Shown here: positions 50,355-62,016 of the stretch, piece after piece | Position numbering within the stretch: position 1 is the stretch's first letter | How the letters are laid out: each line of letters opens with the position of its first letter | Source of the DNA: Azolla caroliniana | Taxonomy: Eukaryota > Plantae > Polypodiophyta | NCBI GenBank assembly: GCA_043228905.1 | Contig: JBHGNT010000021.1 | Span: 9,610,001 to 9,674,000 of the forward strand | Direction: 5' to 3' | DNA length: 64,000 nt | Program-made: the position numbers and the translations under genes | Notes under the pieces: generated by a model | Told to the model about the DNA's origin: nothing | The model's input: only the letters and a program-made list of their open reading frames with translations | Database searches by the model: none

Positions 50355-53300
50355 TGTTGGGATTACGGTCCCTCCGGATGGGATGGTCGGATGTCCGGGA
50401 ATCGGGAATGAAGACCCGAATGAAGAGTACCCGGTATCGGGAGCCGGATGATGAAGACCCCGGCTACGGAGCCGGATGACGAAGACCCCGGCTACGGAGC
50501 CGGATGATGAAGACCCCGGCTACGGAGCTGGATGACGAATGTACCCGGAGAGAGAGATCCGGATGCGGGGACATATCTGTGAATGTGTTTGCCAAGGGCC
50601 CTTGAGGCTATATTTGTAAATAGCCCGAAAGTCATATGTGTATAAATATGACTTAGGGCAAACAGTTTGTTGTTGTTGCTGTATGTTGTTGCCTAGCGAG
50701 TATTGCCACTCTTATGCGTGTGCAAGAGTGAAGAGAGCAGCCGAGAGAGAGAAAGAGAGAGAGAGAGACGAAGAGGTCGTTGCCTCTGTGTATTACCGCC
50801 GCCTATGGCGAAGACAGTGAGCTCAAGGTTGTTGCCTTGTAGCTTCACCATTGTACATCTCTGTTTATAGTGATAGTTGGAGTCTGAGGACTCCCGTGGT
50901 TTTTCCCACTTAGGGTTTTCCACGTAAAACATCCTGTGTACTCTTCTCTCTATTGTCTTCGTGCATTTTTTTTGGTATTTCCCGTTTTCTGTGAGTTAAT
51001 CCTATTCCTCGGTTGTGGCCGAGCACTGTGTTCAACAAATTGGTATCAGAGCGACGGTAACACAGAAAATGGAAGGCGGCAGCAGCGGGCAGCCGGGGAT
51101 GATGGTGTTGAATGCGCAGAACTACGCCGACTGGAAGATAAAGATGGAGGATCTGCTCATTGTTCGGGACCTGTATGAACCGATCGACAGGTCGGAAATA
51201 CCCAAGGGGGTACTTGAGACGGAATGGAGGCTTCTGAACCGGAAAGCCATTGCAAACATTCGGCAATACGTCGACGTGAGCGTTCTACAACACGTGGCGA
51301 ACGACACCAACGCATATGAGATGTGGCGGAAGCTGTCGGGCCTCTACGAGAGGAAGAATGCGTTGAACCGGACCTCCCTGATGAGGAAGATAGTGAACCT
51401 CAAGTACCGGGACGGCGAGAGCATGGTGGAACACGTAAGCACGTTCATGGGATTCGTGAACCAGCTTGCGGCGATCAAGTTCCCGTTGGAGGATGCAATG
51501 CAAGCCATCATCCTGATGTGTACATTGCCGGAAAGCTGGGAGAACTTGGTGGTGACTCTCAGCACCTCCTGCACCGAAGATAACTTGTCCCTACAAACGG
51601 TAAAGACAAGTATTTTGAACGAAGAAGCGCGTTGGAGAGATAAAGAACCGGCCTCCGACTCGAAGGCGCCGCTTACCGAATCGGAACGGGGAAGACAACG
51701 GAACCGGAGTCCGCAAAGACGGGAGAAGTCGGGGACCCGGTCGCAGTCAAGAGGAAGGCCCACATGCTTCCACTGTGGGAAGCCGGCGCACTTCCGGAAG
51801 AATTGTCGGCATTACCGAAAAGACAACGGAGCCGACGACACCGATTCGAAGAAGTCACCGGAGCGAAATGGTGCATACCGGGGAGCCACGGACCGGAGAG
51901 GTCCGGATCGGCGAGGGCAGGACCGGAAAGGAACGAAGACACTCGCGGCAAGTGAAGAAGAGATAATGCTCATTACCGAAGAGAGGGAGCTGAACCTTGC
52001 CGGTGAAGAGATGACCTGGGTGGTCGATTCCGGAGCGTCGTTCCACCTGACCCCGGAGAAGAAATACTTCTCATCCTACACAGCCGGTGAGCACGGCTGT
52101 GTCCGGATGGGAAATGAAGGTACATGCCGGATTGCCGGCATAGGAGACGTGTGGTTGATGACATCAACCGGATGCAAGATGCTGCTGAAGGATGTTCGAC
52201 ACGTTCCGGAGGTTCGATTGAACCTGATTTCGGCCGGGAGGCTAGACGATGAAGGCTACACGGGTAGCATCCGGAACGGTGTCATGAAGTTCAGCAAAGG
52301 GAGCCTGATAGTGGCTCGGGCCCGGAAGATCAACACAATGTACCTGATGAATTCCCGGCTATGTCCGGAGGAGCCGAACGTGGCAGCTAACACTGCCGGT
52401 GAGCTGTGGCACAAGAGACTGTGCCACATGAGCGAGAAGGGGATGAAGAGGCTTGCAGAAGACAACCTTATTCCGGTGAAGCATGTGCATCTGGAGAAGT
52501 GCACCGATTGCCTGGCCGGTAAGCAGAACCGAGCCTCCTTCCACTCAAGGCCACCGACGAGACGTAGCGCACCATTGGAGTTGGTGCACACTGACGTGTG
52601 TCAAGTAGAAACGAAGTCACATGGCGGAGCCCAGTACTTCGTGACATTCATTGATGACCACAGCCGGAAGCTCTGGACGGCACCGTTGAAGACAAAGGAC
52701 CAAGTGTTGTGCGTCTTCAAAGAACTCCACGTGAGAGTGGAAAGGGAATCCGGCAAGAAGCTGAAAGCGATACGAGCGGATAACGGAGGGGAATACCGGG
52801 GGCAGTTCACGGAGTACTGTCGCTCAAAGGGAATCCGGCTCGAGTTTACTGTGCCGAAGACGCCGGAACTGAACGGGCTGGCCGAGAGGATGAACCGGAC
52901 CATAATGGAGAGGGTCCGGAGTATGCTGGCGCATGCGAAATTACCCAAGGGGTTTTGGGCTGAGGCAATGTCGACGGCGACATACGTGATAAACAGATCA
53001 CCCTCAGTACCTTTGGACGGAGACACGCCGCAGAGAGTGTGGACCGGTAGGGAAGTATCCTACCGGCATCTGAAGGTGTTCGGGTGTCTCGTATATGTGC
53101 ATGTGGCAAAGGACCGGAGAGGAAAGCTAGATCCAAAGACCCGGCCATGCATATTCCTCGGTTACGGCGACGACGAGTTTGGCTACCGAGTATGGGACCC
53201 GGTCGACAAGAAGATATTCAGGAGTCGTGATATCATCTTCATGGAGGACAAGACACTCGCCGACTGGGAGTCGGAGAAGAAGATGAAGAGCTCCAAGTCG

Positions 53301-55779
53301 ACCGGTGAGGATCAACTCTATGAGGAGTAGTCCCGACCGGCAAGGGACCGGTTAGCACTCGAGGATCCGGCCGAAGACGGTGAAGAAACAGAACCGGCCG
53401 AGGAAGATGAAACTGATACCGGAACCGGCCCCGATCCCGAAATGGTTTCGGATGAAGAGGAAACGGAAGAGCCGGTTACCGAAGCTCCGGAACGGAGATA
53501 TCCTCTAAGAGAGAGAAGGGCCCCCCGGTGATTTCCGGAACCAGAGCATGTGCTGCTAACCGACGAGGGGGAGCCGGAGAGCTTTGAAGAAGCAAAGCAT
53601 GACACCCAGAGCCGAAAGTGGTTGAGTGCCATGCAGGACGAGATGGATTCCCTGCATGAGAACCACACATATGAACTTGTGGAGTTGCCGAAAGGAAAAC
53701 GGGCACTTCGAAACAAGTGGGTGTTCAAGCTGAAACCGGGAGATGCCGGCAACCCCCCGAGATACAAAGCCAGGATCGTGGTGAAGGGGTTCCAGCAGAA
53801 GAAGGGCGTCGACTTCGACGAGATATTTGCCCCGGTAGTGAAGATGACCTCCATCCGGACGGTGCTGAGCATAGCGGCAAGCATGGACCTCGAGGTAGAA
53901 CAGATGGACGTGAAGACGGCATTCCTTCACGGTGACCTCGAAGAAGAGATCTACATGCAGCAACCGGAAGGATTCGAGAAGAAAGGGAAGGAGCACCTGG
54001 TATGCCGGTTGAAGAAGAGCCTTTACGGACTGAAGCAGGCTCCCCGGCAATGGTACCGGAAGTTCGACTCTTTCATGACCGACGAAGGGTACCACAAAAC
54101 GCAGTCCGATCACTGCGTGTTTGTGAAGAAATTCGAAGGAGGAGACTTTCTAATACTCCTCCTGTACGTGGACGACATGTTGATCGTCGGACGGGACCAG
54201 GTCAAGATACGGATGCTGAAGAAGGCTCTTCACCAAACCTTCTCAATGAAGGACTTGGGTCCGGCGAGGCAAATATTAGGGATGCACATCATCCGGGACC
54301 GGAGGAAGAAGCAGTTGCGGCTGTCACAGGAGAAGTACGTGACAAAGGTACTTCACCGGTTCAACATGTCGGAAGCAAGACCGGTCGGGTCAACCCTCCC
54401 AACAAACTGCAAGTTGTCCAGCAAGCAAAGCCCCAAGACAAAGGCTGAGAAGGAGGACATGATGAAAGTACCATATGCCTCTGCCGTCGGAAGCTTGATG
54501 TACGCAATGGTGTGTACAAGACCGGACATAGGATATGCAGTCGGAGTGGTGAGCCGGTACATGAGCAATCCCGGCAAAGAGCACTGGAACACGGTCAAGT
54601 GGATACTCCGATACCTGAAGGGCACGGCAAACGTGTGCCTCCGATTCGGCTTCGGTAAGTCCGAACTCGACGGCTTTACCGATTCGGATATGTCGGCTGA
54701 TGCAGATACCAGCCGGTCCACATTAGGGTATGTGATGACGTATGCAGGGGGAGCTGTTTCGTGGCAGTCGAGGTTGCAGAAGACGGTTGTGTTGTCAACC
54801 ACGGAGGCGGAGTACATGGCGGCTGTCGAAGCCGGCAAGGAAATAATATGGATGAAGGACTTCATTAGAGAGCTCGGTATCTGGCAGGAGGAGTACCGAC
54901 TCTACTGCGACAGTCAGAGTGCCATCCACCTTGCGAAGAACGCGGCCTATCACTCCCGGACGAAGCACATCCAGCGAAGATATCACTGGATCCGGGAAAG
55001 GATAGAAGACCAGGAGTTCGTGCTGACGAAGATCCACACGGACGAGAACGGGTCAGATATGCTGACCAAAGTGCTCACACCCGACAAGCTGGAAGCGTGC
55101 CGGAAGAGGGTCGGACTGGAAAGACATCCCATGCCGAAGTGAAGGGGGAGTTTGTTGGGATTACGGTCCCTCCGGATGGGATGGTCGGATGTCCGGGAAT
55201 CGGGAATGAGGACCCGAATGAAGAGTACCCGGTATCGGGAGCCGGATGATGAAGACCCCGGCTACGGAGCTGGATGACGAATGTACCCGGAGAGAGAGAT
55301 CCGGATGCGGGGACATATCTGTGAATGTGTTTGCCAAGGGCCCTTGAGGCTATATTTGTAAATAGCCCGAAAGTCATATGTGTATAAATATGACTTAGGG
55401 CAAACAGTTTGTTGTTGTTGCTGTATGTTGTTGCCTAGCGAGTATTGCCACTCTTATGCGTGTGCAAGAGTGAAGAGAGCAGCCGAGAGAGAGAAAGAGA
55501 GAGAGAGAGACGAAGAGGTCGTTGCCTCTGTGTATTACCGCCGCCTGTGGCGAAGACAGTGAGCTCAAGGTTGTTGCCTTGTAGCTTCACCATTGTACAT
55601 CTCTGTTTATAGTGATAGTTGGAGTCTGAGGACTCCCGTGGTTTTTCCCACTTAGGGTTTTCCACGTAAAACATCCTGTGTACTCTTCTCTCTATTGTCT
55701 TCGTGCATTTTTTTTGGTATTTCCCGTTTTCTGTGAGTTAATCCTATTCCTCGTTTGTGGCCGAGCACTGTGTTCAACA
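50355..55779 (+). mobile_element. Young full-length Ty1/Copia K
   Basis: LTRs 50355-51037 and 55153-55779; TSD CTACA; PBS TGGTATCAGAGC 51041-51052; PPT GAAGGGGGAG; only about 3 substitutions plus a repeat indel between the LTRs. Confidence 0.97.
51069..55142 (+). pseudogene. pol: gag-pol of K, single frame with two nonsense codons in the INT-RT linker
   Basis: CFHCGKPAHFRKNC, VVDSGAS, VHTD...DNGGE, YVDD, DSD; TAG at 53328 and TGA at 53529. Confidence 0.93.
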
Positions 55780-58700
55780 CTACAGATGCCGAGGGCAAGA
55801 TTAGAGCCCACCTACGCCTTAGTGGTAGCAAGACCTTTTCTGAGGGAGTCATATAATGCGCCTCCAACGAATACTCCGACTCCGATGGAGATTGACACTA
55901 CACGTCATCGAGGGCCATTATCCGAAGAAGAAAAGCAGCGAACCCGTACAAATCGACTATGTCTTTACTGCGGTGGACCAGGACATATTGCAATAAATTG
56001 CCCCCATAGGCCAAGAAGACAGGTAAACCAAATAGTCGCTAGTTCTAATTGTACTAAACCTGAGCCTATTTCAGTAGGGATATCTGATAGTCCTAATAGT
56101 ACTAATAGCCTAGATCTAGCGAACAAATTTGATGTCCTTAGTCAGTTAGAAGAAGAGTTAAACGACTAAGTCCAGCCAAAATAGGAGCCGTTTGGTTGGA
56201 CAACCCTAGATCTGTGCAACCCATTAGTGGTTCCATTCCCTCTAAGGAAGTTAGTGATGTGTTCGTAGTCCAAGTAATAGTTAGTACTAAAAGTACCCCT
56301 CCAGTACATGTCCTAGCACTCCTAGATTCCGGAGCTAACTCTTGCTTTATGGATAAGAAATTTGCTCAAGCTCATAAGATATCCCTAAGAAAACTCCAAT
56401 GTCCAGCCTCTGTAGTAGTCATTGATGGACGCCCCATTGCTTCCGGAAATATCATAGAAGAGTCAGAGCCCATTAATATTGTCCTAGATAACTTAGCATG
56501 TGTAGTATCATTTAATATTATTAGTATCCCAGAACATCCTATAGTTTTTGGATTACCGTGGTTCAAGTTACATAACCCAGACATAGATTGGAGAACAAGA
56601 GAAATCCGGTGTCGACAAACCCAAGGGTCAACTCAGAAGGTGGCAACCATTTCGCTACATCAGTTGCGTAAAGAAGGGCGCGAGGAGGAAATGTTCCTCT
56701 TTGCAATATCAGTAAACCCCTCCAGCACCACTAAAGAAGAATCCACCGTTCAACTTCCCGAGAAGTATCGTCATTACGCCGATGTGTTCGATAAAGTACA
56801 AGCCAACACACTTCCTCATCGTCGACCGTACGATTGCCCCATCGATTTACAACCGGGAAAAGAGCCGCTATGGGGACCGATCTACAATTTGTCACCAACC
56901 GAGCAGGAAGTCCTTCAGGCCTATATCGAGGAGAATTTGGAAAATGGTTTCATTCGGCATTCGAAATCTCCAGCCGGCGCGCCCATTTTCTTCGTCAAGA
57001 AAAAAGATGGATCGCTTCGTCTCGTTGTAGATTACCATGGCTTGAATAAGGTTACAATCAGGAATAGGTATGCTCTTCCCCTTATCTCAAGTCTTTTAGA
57101 ACGGATCAATGGTGCTAGGTTCTTCATGAAGATCAACTTACGGGGAGCATATAACCTCGTACGGATCTGACCAGGAGACGAATGGAAGACCGCATTTCAC
57201 ACCAGATATGGGCACTTCGAGTATATGGTCATGCCGTTCGGCCTCACTAATGCACCGACGGTCTTCCAGCACATGGCTAATGATATATTCCGAGATCTAT
57301 TGGATGATTGTTTGATCATCTATTTGGATGATCTACTGGTTTATTCAAAGACCCAAGAAGAACATGATTCTCATGTACTATTAGTACTAAAACGACTTCG
57401 AGAACATGGTCTGTATGCAAAGCTGGAAAAATGTAGTTTCGGGTGCAACCAAGTGGAATTTCTCGGCTACATCATTTCGTCAGAAGGCATCTCCATGGAC
57501 CCAGCTAAGGTCAAAACGGTGGTAGGATGGCAGACTCTGCGTTCGGTGCGGGATGTGCAATGCCTCCTAGGCTTTGCCAATTTTTACCGGAAGTTCATAT
57601 AAGATTACTCAAAGATCGTTCTACCTCTCACACAACTTACCAGGAAGGGACAACCGTTCATTTGGTCTAAAGAAACGGACATGGCTTTGGAGAGCCTTAA
57701 AAAGGCATTTACATCGGCTCCAATTCTAGCTCATGTCGATCCGCAAAAACCATTCATTATCGAAGCTGACGCATCGGATTTTGCATTGGGGAGCATTCTG
57801 TCACAACAGGGGAATGATGAGAAGCTACATCCTATGGCTTTTCACTCACGCAAGTTTGACGCCGCCGAAATCAACTACGAAATTCATGATAAGGAGCTAT
57901 TGGCAATAGTGGATCCTTTTATGCAATGGAGGCCTTTTCTGGAGGGATCCTCTCATCCAGTCACCGTATTTAATGACCACAAGAATCTTGCCTACTTTCA
58001 GGATGCTCGTGTGTTGAATCGATGTCAAGCTTGGTGGGCCCACTTCCTCACGCGTTTCGACTTCAAAATTACATATCGTCCGGGGAAGCACCAAGGGAAG
58101 GCAGATGCATTATCACGACGTTCATATCTAGCACCCCGTCCCGGCGAGCCAACTTTCGATAACCAAAAACAAGTCATCTTGGGACCGGCACGACTACAAG
58201 CAACACAGATCTTTGACATGCCCATGGATTCCCGCGTTATCGATACCATACGTGAAGACTTGAAGACAGATGCGTTCGCCCAAGCTATACTAGCACAAAT
58301 TGATCCCTCTCGAGCGTCGTGTTCACAGTCGCAACCACTAGGTACAGACTATCGGAAATTCAAATACCATGATGGATTACTCTTCTTTAAAGAACTTTTG
58401 TATGTTCCTAATGGTTCTTACCGCCTTCGAGTAGTACAAAATTGTCATGACACATATACAGTTGGGCATTTTGGTAGTACTAAAACATTACATTTAGTAC
58501 AACGATCATTCTGGTGGCCCTGTATGCGACAATTTGTCGAGGATTTTGTTCGGACTTGTGATACATGTTGCAGAGCGAAAATGCCAAGGCATCATCCATA
58601 TGGTTTATTAGAACCATTACCAATTCCAAGCAAGCCGTGGCAATCCATTGCTCTAGACTTCATCACATATTTTCCAGTCTCTAAGGGGTTCAATGCGATT

Positions 58701-61700
58701 CTAATGGTGGTCGATCGATATACGAAGATGGCTCATTTCTTGCCATGTAATAAGGAGATCTCCAGTGAAGACACTGCCGAAATTGTCATGGGTGAAGTAT
58801 GTCGGCATCATGGACTTCCCGATAGTATCATCAGTGACCGTGGACCCCAGTTCGTGTCAAAATTCTGGAAACACCTTTTTAACATGCTCAAGGTCACTTG
58901 TAACCTCTCCTCCGGCTACCACCCCCAAACCGACGGCCAAGCTGAACGAACAAATCAAACGCTGGAGCAGTATCTGCAGTGCTTTCTCAACTATCATTAG
59001 GACGACTGGGCAGATATTCTCCACTTCGCCGAATTTGCCTATAACAACTCTATCCACACATCCACTAAAGTTACGCCATTTTATGCTTATACAGGATGTC
59101 ACCCCCAGTCGAGAAGGTGACCAATGCTCGTGCTCTTCTTGAAGACTTCCATCGTCAATATCCACACAAACCGGGTCCTCAATCCAAGACGACTCATGAC
59201 ACTCGTCGTTTTAAAGGGGAGATAGTGTCATGATATGGCAAGACTCGAACCCATGACCTTAGGTTATATGGGTCGAGCTATTGACCATTAGATCATCCAT
59301 TGTAATACGTAGGACATCATTTTCATTTACATTTTATTATAGGAAATTAGTGTATATTCCAGATTTCTCCAGAACATTCTAGAAGCTTCAAGATTACTCC
59401 TGAAAACACTATAAAAGAGGGCACTAGGCATTATGTTGAACCAAATTGGTTCAACGCCAGTCTTAAGCCTTTTAGCCACCATTGTATATTCTCTTCACAT
59501 AATACATATCTTTCTTATCATCACTCTCTCCCTCTCTCGATCTCTCTCTTTCTCTCCGTCTCGCTCACTTCTTCCTTCTCTCGAAGAAGTTCTACACCTC
59601 TCATAGTACTAATCCTTCGTTTAGTACTAATTCCTTCTCTGTCTGAGTACTGTTCCTGACATCGGGTTGTCATTGCAAATTCGGTGTTGTTGGCTTCAAT
59701 GTGGTTTATCACATCAGCTTGGTTGTTCTCTCGGTCGGCAATCATGAAAGTTCAAAGCCTCATACGTAACTTCCTTTGGGGTAGAAAAAATGGATCTCGT
59801 GCAATGGCCAAGGTGGCATGGGATGTTTTGATTAGGCCAAAAAGTTAGGTAGGGTTGGCTCTAATAGATCCCTTGATACAATCTTGAGCTCTCTTGATAA
59901 AGTTTGTAGTCAGAGGACTGTTGCCAGGGACAGAGGCATGGAAGGGTATGTTGCTTAATCAGCTGATGCAATTATATCCCAAGACGGGAGGAAACTCATT
60001 GCCATCTTTGAAATGGATGTTCTTGACAGATATTCAAACACTAAGATGGAATCTAACATCCAATAGATTTCTACTAGGGATCGTCAGAGCATGGGATGCA
60101 ATCAAGATTTTTTTACGCAAGGAGATGCCTAACACATGGGATGGTTGGATGAATCAACCGCTTTTGGCTAATTCTCTCGTTTGGGATTCTATTGGAAATG
60201 TATTGGGCCTTAGACCTCGTCTTGCATGGGGAAAACTTGATAATGGGCCAACAACATCAGTAGGATCCTGGATTCATTTTCAGTGGATCACCTTAAGCAG
60301 CTACATTCGATATATGGGGCAAAGACAATGACAATAGATATTTCAGCAGCCTTCTCTTAGCCCTCATCGCGACTTCAGCCAATGCAGGAGCATATGTGGT
60401 TTGGTTGCCTAACGAATGGCATAATGTTCTTCGTTAAGGGAATTTCTATAGACAGGTGTATTTTTTATTTCCATATTCAATAGGATAATAATTTGCAGCC
60501 TTATACACCCTCTGATAATTTGCCACAAAACCTACTTGTTGTTCCAATTAGGGTGATTGCCAAAATTGGTAAGAAATGGCTCCTGGATCCACAACTGTCA
60601 ATAGCCCATTTGTTGGATATGCTTTGGTTATATGCACACCAACCAATTAATAGGCTAATTTGGGACCCACGGGGATGGTCTTGGACTAGTCCCATGATGG
60701 ATCCAATGCAAAAAGTTCCGTTTTTTCAGTATACTATGAAATTTGGTAGAACCTTACTCATGTCTAAGAATATTCCAACTCATGCGGCTCAAAAGCACTG
60801 GAATAAGTGGGTGTATCAAGCAGTCATTTGAAGGCTTATTGGAAATGGATTTGGTCTTTTAGGGGACCAACAAAATACACTCTCTTCAGATGGCTTTTGC
60901 TACATGCAGCACTACCGGTAGGTCAATCTTTGAAAGGAAACATGGCACCCGTTCTTAGACAATGTAGTTATTGTGGTGACTTGTAGGAAACTACCAAGCA
61001 TACTCTCTAGTCCTATTCACTAGCTCAACAGGTATGGAATAAAGTTCTTTCTTTATTCCTGACAATTAATGTAGGTTGCCTATTCTCTTGGGGGTCAGCG
61101 GTGTGGGGGGTTCTTCATTCCAGTCTCTTATTGTATGAGGCAGATGATGCTCTAGAGGCTAAGATTGTTATCAAAGGCATCTAATATCTGTCTCGCCTTT
61201 TTAGCAGCCTCGAAAGCAAATGCGTGCAACCCAAGTATAGAAAACAGTATCCACGGTTACATTATGGACCTTATGGAAATATCGATGTAAAAGACGATAT
61301 GATTCCATAGTTCCCCTTCTCTCAGATATATTGCTAGAATTACTGGTGGTAGTGTGTGGGCAGTATGACAATATGTTGGGCCCTTCAGAGGTTGTTCTTA
61401 AGAAAATGAATAAATTACTGTAGTTATGGCGGAAGTTGCCTCTATTCACGATCTCCTCTCAAGGACCAATCTGGAAATATCATCATCCCTGGTCCTTCCC
61501 CTGATTATCCTTTTTGTATATAATACTCTCTAAATTGTACAGTTTGTAGCCTTATGGCGTTTTTTCTCAATACTAATGAAGGAAATCTTTTTCGAAACAA
61601 AAAAAGAAAAAGGAAAAAAAAGAACTGGCAACCGCCTTCAAGTTCCCATTTTGTAGAAGATGAATATTTCCTGGCATACAAAAGCGTAGAACCACTTATT

Positions 61701-61747
61701 TTATTTTTCTTTATCATAAAAATGTGATTGAAGCTTATATTGTTTAA

Positions 61748-62016
61748 CTAGGCGAGCACTTTAACATTCCCAACACCCCCATCTGATATATATCTCTTAA
61801 AGTCACATACCTCCTTCAAGTGTAACACTTTTAGGCGTGGTGTGTATGCATCACAAATGACATCAAATAGTTTAGGTAATGTGAAAGCATCGTGCCGAGA
61901 CAACTGTCTAGAGAATGCGCGAAACATCTGATCTATATGATCATGTGTGTGGCCAACCAAAAGAAAATTTACTTTCACTTTTCTAAACAATCCTTTGTTG
62001 ACCAACATACGTAGAT
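61748..62016 (-). pseudogene. DNA transposase fragment, probably Sola-like, interrupted by element L
   Basis: GLFRKVKVNFLLVGHTHDHIDQMF motif. Confidence 0.55.

Larger units (their letters stand above)
49078..59661 (+). mobile_element. Chromoviral Gypsy J (Tcn1/Tf1-like), split by Copia K
   Basis: 436-bp LTRs 49078-49513 and 59226-59661; TSD TCGGG; PPT AAAGGGGAGATAG; gag RLRQG, PTPMEID, CLYCGGPGHIAINC; LDSGA; YLDD; chromodomain tail NARALLEDFHRQYPHKP after a deletion near 59105. Confidence 0.93.
48941..61624 (+). mobile_element. LINE (L1/Tx1-like) remainder, split by J; pieces 48941-49077 and 59662-61624
   Basis: LSLAGR-VVIANSVLLAS rejoins across J; NFLWG...KVAW; zf-RVT relic; A-rich tail 61595-61624. 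Confidence 0.88.

Noticed and set aside
53328-53531. Programmed readthrough between integrase and RT in K
   Set aside because: Two separate stops, each explained by C-to-T decay (CAG to TAG, CGA to TGA); no readthrough context recognised
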